The notes: a model not told the origin generated them from the sequence alone. A DNA stretch of 64,000 nt from Lama glama (GCA_028534125.1 CM052816.1:46006001-46070000), one strand, 5' to 3'. Shown: positions 1 to 14,194, numbered from the stretch's first letter. A program made the numbers and translations.

Positions 1-649
1 CATGTGCTTCATGAGTTTGAAAACATGCAAATCGCATGGGAAATATTTGTCACAACACTTTCAATCAATATATACCTATTCACATCTGGAAGAGTTGAAG
101 CCTGTATAGCCTGATTCTGTTCCTGTGGAAATGAAGAGGTGTAATTTCATCAAAACTCTGTTAGCAAATCTTTGTAAAAATACATTTTGGAAATGCCAAC
201 CACCTTAATTTTGTTTCCTAGCAGCCCATATCATGTCATAACACTCAAATATATGTCAAATGAAGTAGTTTAGTGTTTAATATTATCAGTATTAATATAG
301 TAAACATAAATATTATTTAAACATTATTTAAATTACAATATATTTTGGTGTTTAAAATATGCCAGATAATGTGCTAAGAGCTTTATATATTTTAATTAGC
401 CTCACAGAAAAGAAATGCTTAATTCTCTTTGCCTCTACTCTATTTTCTGAGTACAAAAAAAGTCTCCCTCCCACAGATTACTTGATTTATTTCATGAAAA
501 TTTTCCTTCAAGTCTTCCATTTATCTAATTATTAAATGAATGCTAAAGCTTACATATCACACTTACTTATCACATATACCTCATACATACATATTGGGTT
601 TTTTTTTATAGCCATCTTAGATTACATCATATTCCTCAAGATTTTCTTT

Positions 650-880
650 GCATAGTGTGTAGGGGCATCAGCTGTAGAGTTCAGCAGTCCTGGGTTCATT
701 TCTTGCCTTCTTCATATAGTAGGTGTGTCACCTTGTGCAAGTTAAAAAACTTCCTCAAACATTAGTTTCCTCATGAAAATAACATTTAATTGGAATAATT
801 GCTTTCAAGATTTTAAGTAAGATAACTGCATAGCCTAGTTCCAGGCATAGAATGAGCATTTAATAAATGGCGATATTGAT
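650..880 (+). mobile_element. MIR SINE (ancient)
   Basis: 'cctgggttc...tgtgtcaccttgtgcaagtt...agtttcctcat' core and 'ggcatagaatgagcatttaataaatgg' tail resemble the MIR consensus. Confidence 0.75.
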
Positions 881-3800
881 GTCTTAGATTGCATAAATTT
901 ATGTTATACCCATTGTGCATATTTAATTTGGAGAGAATTTCAGAGCAAAGACTCTTAAGTCGAGTAGTGATACTACTTTCCTGGAAGGGCGTATCACAGT
1001 CCTCCTAGAGGCTATGTAAACCATCCCTCCTTCCTGTCCTACTTCTCCTTACCTAGTTCCAGATTCACTCCCTGAAGGATCATTTTCTAAAGGTTAATTT
1101 GATAAAAAATCATATTGCTCATGTTTATTTGTTTCTTTTCACTACTTTGAACACATTTACAGTGTTTTACTACATGGAGTAGTTTTGCTAACCACTGGAG
1201 TTTCCTGCAAAGTTTTATTTGAAAGTTTTTACTTTGTCTTCCTCAGTGTTTTCAGTGGTTTTAATTTGTCTCTCCTTGACTACTTGTTGCTATAACTGGA
1301 AGGAACTGAAATAAAGAAGTAGAGATTGTCTGAGAGCAGGGACTGCCATCACACAACAAATCCCAGACTGGAGGTGACAGAGATGGAGGACTTAATAGAG
1401 GAATTATGTAAAATATTGTTCAAACCAGAATTCATTTGAGAGGGAAAAGGGACACTAAAATATTTAACATAGGTGATTTTGTCTACCACAAGTGAAAAAA
1501 CTGGAATGTTCTGGGCCAGGATATCTGGTCGTACTACCTAGGGGACAGACTGGAAAGGGATTTGGGGTGACAGGTGAAGAAGGAGATTGACGTGCAGTGA
1601 AAGAGGAGATTGAAATAACAAGATGTAATAAAGGAGGCAGATCAGAGAGATGGAATAATCTGTGTCAGAAGAGTATATTCATAAGACTGTATTCAAAATA
1701 TATTCATGTGGAAGAATATATTCAAATACTTATTCAAAACTGTATTTTTATGAATATGTAATTTATTCTTCATGAAAACGTTCTTCATGAAAATATTTTC
1801 CTGATGGGTATATTTTTATGGATATATTTTTCTATCAGGGCAGAGAGAATTAAGCATTCCTTAAGATTCTGTTATGAAGACAAACTGAAAAGTGGTCAAC
1901 TAAAACTTCACCGAAATCTTGAAAAGATGGTGAAAGTATTTTTTCCAATATGGACTGTTGTACTTTACTATTTTAAGTTTAGCAGATAAAAGTACTAAGC
2001 CTTCATCAAATTGACTTCGGGGAATTTGCTTGTTGTAAATAGGCTTTCAGGGATTTGCCTGATAAAATTTTGAGTCCAGAGAAAAATATTGAACATAATT
2101 AGTATTAGGAATCAAAACTTATAAGAATTAAAATTGAGATTACTTTAATTTTGGGCCATTGTGTGTAATTGTAAAGGGAATATATTTCTATAGGAAATTC
2201 TTGGATTGCTTTATATCTTTTTTTTATTGGCTGCTCCAGTGGAAATCCTGTTGGGCAGGGATTAGCCAAAATGTGGGTAGGGGAAAGGGTAAGAAGAGAA
2301 TGTGGGAAAAAAGTGGGTAGGAAGAAGCTGAAATTGGATTGGAATTCACTACAGAGGTAGAATAATCAGGTCCTTACCACAGAGTTTAAGTTGTCTTCTG
2401 TGTTTTGAATTTAACAGTTTAAATATTCTTGGGGAGGGAAATATTTTCTTAGCATAAAACACAGGTGCAGGTACTGTGCAGCCAAGGAAAAGCATTTGTA
2501 AACATTTGAACGTCCTTCCAATGGCATGGTCCAGAGCCAAACTTTCAGTCTCCCTCAGTGGCTTAATTTTCTCATCACACTCAAATAGAGATTGCCTGTT
2601 CTCAGTGTAATGAAAGGACGATCTCAAAGTAACATGAGGAATCTTCGTGTAAAGGCAATGGGGGCTAAAATAATCTTCAAGGGAGTTAGCTATGTTTGTT
2701 CAGCAGCAAGACACTTTTAAATGGAAAGTGTTCTCTAGCTGTTTGTACTGGACAGTGATAATTTACATTCCAGTCATCTCACTTAGTCTCATTGGACTGG
2801 ATTCTCCCTTTTAAGTTAAGAGGTAGTTGGCAGAATGTTTCCCCTGGCATAGAGAAGAGAAGAACTTTTTCTTTCTATGTTTTCAGACTTTTCAGAGCAT
2901 TTGTTTACATGCCAGGTTATGACAATAAAAGCTAGAAACAACAAATTACTGTAGGTTTTGGTAGATAAGAGAAGTCCACTTTTGCTAAGAGGTCAGGATC
3001 CTTTTTGGCATTAACTGCCTTGATAATGCATTTTTTCATTTTTCACCTTCTTAAGTTCTCCCTCTGGACAGAACTGCATGTTCTCAGAGAATGGGCAATA
3101 TTTCCTTCTTCCTCTCAATATGTAGTGGCTCTGACAGCCTCCATGTGTGCCTGTTGTTTTCAGAGAAGAGAAACACTTGTTTCCTATTCTGATACATTTT
3201 ACTTTCCCTTACTAAATCCTGATTGTTTCTCTCTCTCTATTAGAATGTATGTCCTTAAGGACTGTTAGGTCATAAGAATCATTACCAACATTCCTTTCTT
3301 TGTGAGAAAAACATTCTGGCATCTAGAATGTCTGTGTGGGGGTTGAATTACTGAGTCTTCTTCCAATATTGGAATTTTTGATGTTGACAAATGTTTTGAG
3401 AATTCTTTTTAGAATTACCTTGCCATATTTTTCCATTGGGTTCCAACTCATTTTGAACAGTTTCTCCTTTGGGGATAAATACTATTTATATTGAGGCCAT
3501 CGCTTCTCCAATATTTGGATGGGGAGGTAGGAAGGAAAGGAAAGCAAAGGGTGTTATGGAAATCAAATAAGACAGAAATACCTTTAGAATTCTTTCAGAA
3601 AGCCTGCATTTCTAATTCTATGAATTAGATATGATTATACTTAAAAGACTGATGTTTAACAAGTGATTATTTGACAGTGTGAATGACAAACTTCAGTTAC
3701 ACAGAGTTGTTTTCTAGGTGGGACTGATTCACTTTTAACAGCAAGGAGGCTTTATGTCAATTCTGATTCCCAATTGCAGTGGGCTCGACAACATCCCATT

Positions 3801-4687
3801 TGCCCAATCACGTGACCTTTTATTACTCTAAAATGAACCTTTAAAAGCCTTGTAAAATGTGAAGAATAGATACATTAAGTTGTTCTCAAGAAAAAAATGT
3901 TTCTTGAAATACCATTTCACCAATGACATGTTTCATAAAAGTTAGTAATCTACTATCAGAAAATACTTATTCAAGTTAGTTTTCTATCTAGTGGTGTTAT
4001 TCAAACAGAACAAGTAAAGTAGGTAGGTATATAAAAAAAAAGGGCAAAAAGATAACACTGGCCTGAATAAGGCTGGATCTCTTCAACAAATTAAGGGTTA
4101 CAGGATGCAACTGAAAAATAACTACCCATTCTTGTCAGGACTTAAACTCCAGCATGAGCTCTGGTGGAGGTCCACAGAAAACCCTTGTTTTGGGAAACAA
4201 ACAATTATTCTGGACATGTGGCATGGCAAAGGAATTGGAATTTGGCAGGCTCAGCTGCATTAATTTTGCTCTGGGTGTAAAATATGTTAATTTACCACTG
4301 TCTGGAAGAAATCATGATGAGTCATTCACAGAGAACTACTTAGAATCCATTTCTAACATTTCTAAGTATTTGTTGCTTTGGCCATTGCTTTTTCTCTTCA
4401 TAAATTTACTTTTTAATAACTTATAAAAATAAGTGTAAAAAATCTTTTAATTTCATTTCACATGAAACAAATTTCCAACAGAAATTTTTGAGTTGAATAA
4501 ACAGTTGAGCATACTTATTTTCCATTCTGAAATTATTTGTATTTTCTGATCATGGAATGTTTTATGAAAATGGAGCAGGATCCTTCTTCATCCTTTTGGT
4601 AATATAAATCATTTCTTTCCAATTTCTTGTTAAATCAGAACCATGCTCTAGCCATAAAATAGCTCTCCCTATACTGAAAAATTTTAC

Positions 4688-4746
4688 CTCCACTTTCCAA
4701 GGATTCAGAATCTTCTTGGGTAATAGCTGTGTGTTGAAGCAGAAGA
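4688..4746 (-). other. candidate 59-nt internal exon (unverified)
   Basis: minus strand: long T run + gctttcaatacag|TCTTCT...GTGGAG|gtaaaa. Confidence 0.25.
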
Positions 4747-7700
4747 CTGTATTGAAAGCAAAAAAAAAAAAAAAAAGAATCCAGTGGGTTAAAAAAGGAG
4801 TTTTGTTTTGTGATCTCAAAATATCTCCATATTTGAAACATAGCACCCCTACTACACAAATAACCCATCTTCGGCAGATGTCTCAGACCTTGTAACAAGA
4901 AGTTTCTTTCACAGTCTACAAAATTACAGCATCCAAGCTCCTCTTTTCCCAACCATAGTTCATATAATTAACATTAATCCTAAATTAAGCAATTTGAAGA
5001 TAAAATATAAAAGTCTACCTGGGTTTATAATCAACCATTAAACAGTTGACATTGAGCCATTGAATAAAACAGATACAGAGCTTTGCCACAACGAAAGAAG
5101 TAAAAAATAACAGAATAAAATGACTATTTGGAGAAATTGTTTAGCTTTCTCTGTTTTGGAGAGAAAACACAGGTTCTTAAAATGCTGCCACCTTCCTACC
5201 TGTTTTCAACTAGCAATGAACATGGAATTATAAAAATTTGCACACATACCATTTCTCTTAAAATAGCACTAAACGTATGTGAAGTCTTCGAATTAAAGCT
5301 CTCCCCCCCAGCACACACCCCAACTACAGGACATTGTAACCACAAATGCCTTGAGATATTGGCTGAATCATCCCCTTTCCAAAATTGTCCATCTGTCTTT
5401 GAAAGTAGTTGTAATCTGGAGGTTTAAGTTGACTTACTCACTGAGCTGCCTGCCAGTTTAGATGCACTTTGTAGGTGGAAAATTGTTGGTCTTTGTCCCT
5501 CCCAGCTTGCAAGTAAAATGAAGCTGCCAAGAGATAAACACATTCTAAGTTTATCATGCTATTCTTGGCCTCAAACTACAAGCCAGAAGGCAACTATTGC
5601 TCAAGGTACCGTGTTTACAAGTGTTCAGTCCTCCGCTGTTTCAGAGACCCAACAAGATGGAATTTCTTCCTGCCAGCCTGTATTTTGTTTTTTCTAAGCT
5701 TTCATATTTCTCAATTCCTTTTTAAAAAGTAAGGAAAGGGAGCAGCTTCTTTGACAGCATATTGAAGATTTGAAGTCTCATTAAAATTTGGATTGTGATA
5801 TTTTGGGGTTTTCTCCCCCAGAGGCACCATAAGTTCCTAAAAAGGCTAGAAGCTTCTTTTTATAATTATCGTTGGTGTCACCATATTTATCATCATCATC
5901 ATCATCACTATTATTTTACTTATAAGTGAAAAGATGTATACTTTTAATTGAAAAGTTAATGTATTTTTCATAGGTCTTTTCAATTTTCGCTGTTTATTCT
6001 TTCCCTTATTTGTTTACTGAATGGTCCTTTAACACATTTATTATTATAAAATCCATGTTTCTCTTTTAAATGGTACAATTTTTCTTCTAGTGGCTATATT
6101 GAAAATAATTAATACTTAATTCATTTGACAATGTTCTGAAAACCCAAAGAAAGAATTTTTCCCTTTTTTTTTTGAGAGGAGTACTGAGCTAACTTTCTTC
6201 ACAAATGTCTTCCTGGCTGCATTAGATAACAGGATGTATTGCGTTCATACATCTTAAATATAAAAGAGGAGTATAGCTATATCACATCCTATATTGGCAC
6301 AGTATATTGACATGTATTATGTATGATGTTACACTGTTTAAATTATTAGAGATCACATTAAAAGAAATTATAATGAGATGGGGCTTTTTACCAAATCTAG
6401 ACTATTTGGCAAAGATATGATAATCAAGTTCAATCCTTGATTTACAAATAAGACTTTGAGCTTTCAGAATTTTTATAACTATATTCTATATCATGATTTC
6501 TTTGCATTTCATTAAAAGTAACATTCTCTTCAGAGTTCTGCATCGTACATGTGTAATTTACCTACAGAATCAGAGCTTAATTGTTTTCTTGGATGTGGTA
6601 GATGTAAGTCCATATCCTGGAAAATATTTTTGAACATACTCTCACTAATGTCTCTTTTTTCGTTTAATGTTACTGCAAATTAAATTCCATTGACTACATG
6701 ACAAATGAAAAGAACAAAACAGGAAATTTTACTTGTTCTAGTCTAAATTCTAAGGGTGGAGAAGAAAGCTTTGCAATAACCTACTCCGGGAGAGTGCAAG
6801 GAAAAGTGTATTGTCAACTTGAAGCATTATTTAGGACATTGGAAGGAATAAAATTAAGTCCTCGATAAAATGGGCAGAGAGAGCTTTCAGGACTATCACC
6901 TCTAAGGGTTAGAATAGACTCCACAACCACAGATAGCCTCTGAAGATGTACAGATCAGATAATGGAGAACAATGGTTGAGTGTTCTATTTAAAAATCAAC
7001 CATGTGTTATTTTGTTAGATTTACCTGCAGCACTCCAATAACAAAAATGAGTTACATTCTGATCAATGCCTGTAAAGATGTGAACTGCCTTTCCCCTACA
7101 TATTCAACTCAAAGTAAGCGGCAGGACTCTTGTGTGTTCTGAAGACTCTCTGGACAGAGGCATTTGATGCTTTGCTTTATAGATCTCTTGCTCATGATTT
7201 ATTACTCTAATCGTGTTTTTGGTGTTCTTATCTAACACAGAACGATTAAGTAGATCCTTAAATTTGCTATAATAGTTCAAAATTTACATTGTTAAAAAAC
7301 GTGTAAAGGCTTCAAATTTGGAAGTCTAAGAAATGGCCTAGGTTTTGAGGGAGTAAGGAACTGATTGGTCATTAATGCCAAGCAGTGCTGGCAGCTACTA
7401 TCGTTTGATTGAACTAATGTGCACTTTCTACAACTGGTGGAGGAGACTCTCCCAGACCACTGTGATTTTGGTGGTGTTAGAGGCACCGGATAGGTAAATC
7501 TCTACCTATCTAGACAAATAACTAATGTGTTAGGAGTCATTGTGGAGAGACACCTCCTGAATTGTACTTTACAGTCCTTTGCACTGTGCACATTTATTTG
7601 ATTACTTTTTTAAAGCCTGATTCTTGGCTTAAGCTAAATGTTAATAGTCCCAGAATTACAGTAACGAAGTGGGTAGGTTCCAGCATTCAGTGTCACTAGT

Positions 7701-7959
7701 AAGAAATTAAATTTTTTTGTACTGGGAGCTCACAAATAAAGGAAAAAATTTTTTTCAAACCAAGTTTTTCTGAAAGATTAATAATTATTTTAAAAAGTAG
7801 ATAGTTTTCCTATTTCTAAATTACTTTTGCATTACCTATTGAACCAGGATTTTCTTTTAGTTTTCACTTTACTCTTCTGTTGAAATCTTTCTTGTTGAAA
7901 CAGTTGCTTTCCATTTTGTCGTGTGAATGTCCTTGAGGGGTATGTGTGAGGTTACGTGC

Positions 7960-8370
7960 TGTGATTTAGTAGTAGTATAGATAATACAGTGATAATGACA
8001 ACCCTTCAATCTCAAAATCCGAGTGGCTTAAACAAACAAAAGCTTACTTCCTACTTATACTACGTGTTCAGTGAATGAAACAACGGTTGTCAAGTTAGTT
8101 ACTCTGTCACAGTCGCTCCAAGACCCAGCTAATGGAGGCTTTATCTCCACACACACTTTGATGATTATTGAGGCAGGAAAAGGAAACAAGGTGAAATATT
8201 CCGAGGCTCTCTTAAAGCTTCTTTTTGGAGGTGACATGCATCACTTCCTTTCACTTTTCTTTAGCCAAAGCAATCCTGATCCTAAACATGATAGAGACTT
8301 GTTTGTACCCTGTGTTTTGAAGGAGGAGTAATGAAAAAATCCTGAACAGACCTAGGTCTTGACTACCACA
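7960..8370 (-). mobile_element. MLT1 (MaLR) solo LTR, J/K/L-like
   Basis: 'agtggcttaaacaaacaaaagcttacttc', 'cttaaagcttctttttggaggtgacatgcatcacttcc...ttagccaaagcaa'; ends '...gactaccaca' (reverse complement of the TGTGGTAG LTR start). Confidence 0.75.
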
Positions 8371-9329
8371 GGGATAATATTTATAACTATTAAGGGAGGT
8401 CACTTTTTCTTAAGCCACCAGGAATATAAAAGATTTGATACAGAGTTCTGTTTTCTGCCTAGCATTAATTTAATACTCGGGTATCATTTTGGCAGATTTT
8501 GAGGCCTTACCTCTGCCTAAGTCTTGCTTTATTATGAATGCCATAATTAAGCCATGACAATTACTTCCGGGGAAATTTCAAAGGAAGTCTACATGGCAGG
8601 ATCTGTTTCTGTCTGTAGACTCTAGTGAATTATCAGAAGCTACTTAAATCTAGTTGGAGGTAAACTGTGTCCTGTGCCCATGCACAGCTGAAGTGGGCGA
8701 AACAGGATCTAGCATATATGCCAGTGTATGATATGGTATCATATAAAGGCACCTGAAGATATGCAGCAAACATGATCCTTGTTATGAAGCATGCAGTTTC
8801 AGTGCTTTCAGATCAGCTTGAAATGGACCATCTCTCCATTGTGTGGCATATGTGACATAAAGAGTTTGTTTCTTTAATCTTAAGCATTATACTGGAAGTA
8901 CTAAGTAGTTTCAATAATTTAACTTAAAGGAATCAGTGCATTTTACATAGAAATATAAAATTGCAATCAACTAAAACATCCCACTAATGACCTTAAGGAA
9001 ATCTTGATGCCTCCTACCTATTTTGGTGTCTTATTTTGGTCTGCCACGTCACTAGCAATAGTGACATGAAAGTTGTCCCAAATCTTGTGTTTTACAATTT
9101 CCCCCAGCTAACGTAGACACCAGATATCCAAGAAAAGACCTAGAAAATCTCCAAGAGGACAGTACAGATTTACATGTGCTGTTATTGTTGCCTGTTTTTG
9201 CATACTATCTTCTAATAATTTTCCCCTTACAACCCTCACCTCATTTGCCTGAAAGATACTATTGAGAAAGAAGAGCTGGGTTGTTATTCTTAAAAAAATT
9301 CATGAGAGTATGTTCAAATAAAATAAATA

Positions 9330-9585
9330 GCAAAGGACTGGAGGCTCTAAGCAAGCAGAGAGAACAATCTAGAATCTCCAGAGAGAGAATCTAGGAAACT
9401 GAGTGAGACAATATGGTAAATGAGACAGAGACAGAGACAGAGACAGAGACAGAGACATGGCAAACAGGAGCAGGCCTCTAGAGCTACTTTGATCCTTGGT
9501 GTCTTCCTTATTCCACTTCCCTTTTTCTCAGAATGGTCTGATTAGGTTTCTTTTCTTTACATTCAAAAGCTTTGTCTAGAATAGT
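9330..9585 (+). mobile_element. degenerate MLT1-like LTR 3' part containing (GAGACA)6
   Basis: 'ggtttcttttctttacattcaaaagctttgtctagaata' resembles the MLT1 LTR end. Confidence 0.4.
9422..9457 (+). repeat. (GAGACA)6 microsatellite
   Basis: six perfect copies read directly. Confidence 0.95.
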
Positions 9586-10519
9586 GAAGGTCTCTTAATT
9601 CTATCTAGCAGAAACTAACATCTTGCTTTAAGAAAATACCTGAAATTACAATTATTCTGACTATATTTAGGTGTTCATGCTTGGTGGGCTCCATGATACT
9701 GTTTGTGAGTTTCTAGCTAGCTGTCTAAATCTTCATATAAAAATATGAGGATTTAACTTTTACCTAAGGAAACTATTCAGCTATTTTAGAAATTACATGG
9801 AACTTAAGCTTTCTGTATTACTGGTAAAAACATGGATGTTGTTTATTGTTGATTATTTATCACTGATAAGTTGAAAAGTTAAAAGATCCCTGAAAAGTTC
9901 CCAGAGAAAGAATAATAATTGTGTGGTCACACAATTGAAAGTGTAATTTTCAAGGTATAACCATAGGCTGCTCTTCCTGAGGTATATGCCATACCACAGT
10001 GAGGCAGCTGATCTGCAGTTTTCTTTTTTATTAACCTGTATTATAGGCAACATCTATACCTTCGTGACTAAAGGGGGATTAAAAAAAGAACTTAACAGCA
10101 TATGGGTGCAATTTGTTGACTGTTTCTATGTTTGGGGATTTAAGACAATATGTAATTATGCTTGAGAAGTCAGCCCCTGAGATACCAAGTAAGGATAGTG
10201 GATTGCTGTTACACCTAGTTGCCATCAGCTGTTATAAGTCACCTGGAAAGATTATTCTCCTTCTTTTAGATCTAGATAGTTTGATGCCTTTTTTTTTTAA
10301 CTTAAGCAAAAAGAAATTACATTTATCTTCAAAATATTTTTGAGACAACACATAATTTCGATTCAGTTTTAAGAGTTGGACATCACAATAGGCATAATGA
10401 AATGACTTACTAGCAAAGTTGGATCAGGTCAAGATGAATAATACTGAAAGCTGTTAATTTACATTGTCATCCTTTTTATTTCATGAAATCAGTTGCTAAG
10501 ACTTAGGCTGGAGTGCCGA

Positions 10520-12027
10520 TGAACTAATTCTAAATTTATTTGGTAATGCAGGACCTAAAATAGCTAAAATGATTTGGCTTTTCCAACTTTGGAAAAAAAT
10601 GTGGGTACTTACTCTAGTTAATAAAAATATTTAATACAAATCTCCAGTAATCAAGACACTGTGATAATGGCAGAGGTATCAATGGAACATAACAGAGAAT
10701 CCAGAAACAGACCCACAAATATAAAGTCAATTGACTTTAGATGAAAATACCAAGGCAATCAAATGGGGTAATGATCATCTTTTCAACTAATGGTATTAGA
10801 ATAATTGAACAGCCATAATCAAAACACACATACACACAGCCAAAAACAAGAGGGAGAGAGAAAAAGAATGAATGAACTTTTTCCTTTCTTTATATCATAC
10901 ACAAATATTTAATGGAAATATGTTGTAGACCTAAATAAAAGAGTTAAAACTATAAGTGCTTGAAGAAAACAAGAGAAAAACATGTGATTTGGGTTAAACA
11001 AATGTTTTTAATATATGTTGACAAAAATACAATCCATAAAATAAAAGATTTGATTATTAGACTTGATCAAAATTAAAATCTTCAGCTTTTCAAAAGACAC
11101 TTAAGAAAATGGAAAGATTAGCCATAGACTTGGAAAAATATTTGCAAAAGTCGTATTTGATAAAGGGCTTATGTTCAGAAAGCATGATGAACCCAAAAAA
11201 CCCAATGTTATGTAAACAAGCAACCAAATTAAAAAACGTACAAAAGAGTTGAATGGACAATTCACTAAAGAAGATACTCAGCAGCATTCGTCACTAGAGA
11301 AGGCAAATTAAGCTGCAACTAGATACACCACTATACCCTGCTGAAATTAAAAAGAATACCACACCAACTGATAGTGAAGCTGTGGAATGACTTGAACTCT
11401 GTATGTGAATACTGGAAATAAAAGATATAACCACTTTAGAAAACAGCTTGGAATCTAAAAAATTAAATGTATTCCCACCATATGATACAGCCATTCCATT
11501 TCTAGATATTTACCCAAGAGAAGTAATAGCGTATATCCACATAATTACTTGCACAAAAATATTCATAGCAAATTTACTATTTACTTGTTATAGGCAAAAA
11601 CAGAAAATAATTCAAATGACCATCAACAGGTAAATGTGTAAACAAATTGTAGTATATTCATAGACAGAATACTACTCAATAATAAAAACACAACAAAATG
11701 GGCAAATCTCAAATAGTTACGCTGAGTGAAAGAAGCAAGACCGAAAAAGGGTACTTATGGTATTGATTCCAGTTGTATAAAATTCTAGAAAAGGCAAATT
11801 AATCTATAGTAGCAGAAAACAGGTAAGGGAGTTTACTGGAGATGGAAGGTTGGGGAGAAGGAGTGTAGGGCTGGATTATAATGGGCATAAAGAATTGGGA
11901 GGGGTAATGTATATATGTTCATTACCTCTATTGCAATGATGGCTTCATAGGTGTAATCATGTCAGAACTCAGAATTCTACATCAAAATGTGCACTTTCTT
12001 ATACATCAATCAAACCTCAATAAAATC
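10520..12027 (+). mobile_element. ancient L1M (L1MC/ME-type) 3' part of ORF2 plus 3'UTR, non-coding
   Basis: 'caatggaacataacagagaatccagaaacagacccacaaat', 'ccatatgatacagccattccatttctagatatttacccaagagaa'; ORF 11448-11633 (PYDTAIPFLDIYPRE) is L1 ORF2 C-terminal-like; ends 'aaacctcaataaaa'. Confidence 0.9.
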
Positions 12028-13398
12028 AAGAGTAATGTGTCTGTACAAGAGCAATGAAGACACCTTCATTGCCATATGATCGGTAATAGCAGTTTTCACA
12101 TGGATCAATTGTGACAATTTGCGTTTTTTTTTTAATGAAATGTGTGTGGGTTTTGACCATCAGACCCTTTAACACATCTCCTAGTGAGACGTAAAACTAA
12201 AGCTATACCTAAGAAATATGTGGATTTGAAATGGTGTTTAAAATACCTTACTGACTATTCATATAAATGAAATAATCAATTTGGCTCTGATAATCAATTC
12301 TTAGATTAGAGACAGCTGAAATGCACAAATCAATGATGTGCATGGGCTAGCCCTCTGTGACCCATTGTGGTCTTAATAACAAATGTCATTATGCAATGTG
12401 ACTGCATAAACTACCACAATTTATATCCACCCCTGCTTATTTTCTATTCTAAAGAATAACTCTGAAGCTTTGCTTAAAGGAAGTGAAGTCTTTTGTTTCT
12501 CCCTGAGGTTGTCATACCAACAACAATTATTTAGCTTTAATTGGCCTGTAGGAGGTCAGGATCAGCAGCCTAAAAATGCACTTTAAGGATTTCAGATTTC
12601 AGCTCAGTGGTTAAATTATAGCAATCTTTCTCTTGATGGTAATATTCTGAAAATGCCTATTTTAGAACTCTTGTTCACCACCACCCCTCCTCTTTTTTTG
12701 CTCAATAGGAAGTTTCAGTCCATTTGTAAGGAATCAACTTAGGGTGCCTGTGGTTCTAAAATGTAACTGTTCTGTCTCTTCTTAAATTTATCCTACTCTA
12801 CTTCTTTGGAAATGAATGTGAAACAATGCTTCTGTATTTTCAAAAGTATGCCATACAGTTTTCAGTATATTTTATTGTGTCTAAAAATGAAAACACTGAA
12901 AAAAGTTGAAGCCAACCTAAATCTGATTATTTTATAGCTACCTAAACTTTCATCTTCCTCTCTACTTTCTCCCTTTTTTTACATACAAAAATTTCATTTT
13001 TTCTACTCTGTATCTGCCTCATCATGCTCATGTGTAATGTATCCATCACAGCTAAGGACCATAGCCGTATGTTTAGCAAAGATAAATTAGAAATGAAACA
13101 AAATATGATTTGATAATATTCAGGTTATCAATACTAGTCTTTTGTTGGTTTAGACTTAAAACTTTCTCGTAGTCTTTAATGCTGGCTTGATTTTCACAAT
13201 TATGATACAGTTTACCAAATCAAGCATTTAATAAAAAAGACTGAGTCAATGTTTTCCCATGTTGATACTTTAAACAATGACACAGTCTTCTAAAAGCTAT
13301 TCAAGATTTCTCTTTACAAAAGAAATATAAACAGATTATTAATTTATGACTATGTTTTTTCATTCCAGAGGACTAGAGTATCTTTTCATCTTTAAAGA

Positions 13399-13430
13399 GT
13401 GTGTGTGTGTGTGTGTGTGTATACACACGT
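13399..13430. repeat. (GT)11 microsatellite followed by ATACACACGT
   Basis: read directly. Confidence 0.95.
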
Positions 13431-13854
13431 TCTCCAGCTTTGGCTTTATCTACTTCCTTTCTTTTCATTCTGTTCCTCAACTGTGACAGTGTACAATTTG
13501 GGTAACTTTTTGTCCCTAATTATAATTTTATAGTATCATCTATTTCTTCTAGAGTATTTAACTCCTATATCCAGCAGGCTAGACATGCTTATTCCTTTAA
13601 ACATAGCCCCTAACTGTCCCAAAATCTTGACAGGAAACTTTGAATGATAACAAGTCAAATAAAAATGAGAAATTTTCACCCAGCTTTTAAAACACTTCAA
13701 TCAACTATTACTCATTCTAGAAAAGAAGTTAATAATTTTACTCAGAAGTTCTGGAGAAGGTAGCTTTACAGAGGCATCACAAACAACTTTGAAGAATTAT
13801 TTCAGTTAAAAAAAATGGGGTTTGCTATGATACAGTTTATCCTTCTATTAACTG

Positions 13855-14070
13855 ATAATGCTGGTTAAGACTACAGTGTGACAGGAAACATTATGTCCCA
13901 ACCCTGACTTTGTTGCTTCTTAGCTCTGTAATTTAAACAAGTTAACATTTTAAAACTTCATCTGTAGAATGGCAATGATAATTTCCACTTCAACGTGCGA
14001 ATGTGAATGGTTAAATGGGATAATGTGCATTAGATACTAAACACTAAGTGAGCATTCAGTAAATAAATAA
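13855..14070 (+). mobile_element. MIR SINE
   Basis: 'tggttaaga...cttcatctgtagaatggcaatgataat...gttaaatgggataatgtgcat...agcattcagtaaata'. Confidence 0.75.
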
Positions 14071-14194
14071 TAGAATGCTGAGGGAATAAAATAACTAGAT
14101 GAATCTAAAAAGAGAGCAATCAAATAATGTAATTATGTGACTTATTGAACAAAAAAAATTAAAAAGTAAGTTTTAGACTAAATCAATTGTTTTG

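Noticed and set aside
6298..6340. Imperfect AT-rich hairpin as a miRNA candidate
   Set aside because: Too short (about 40 nt) and too weak.
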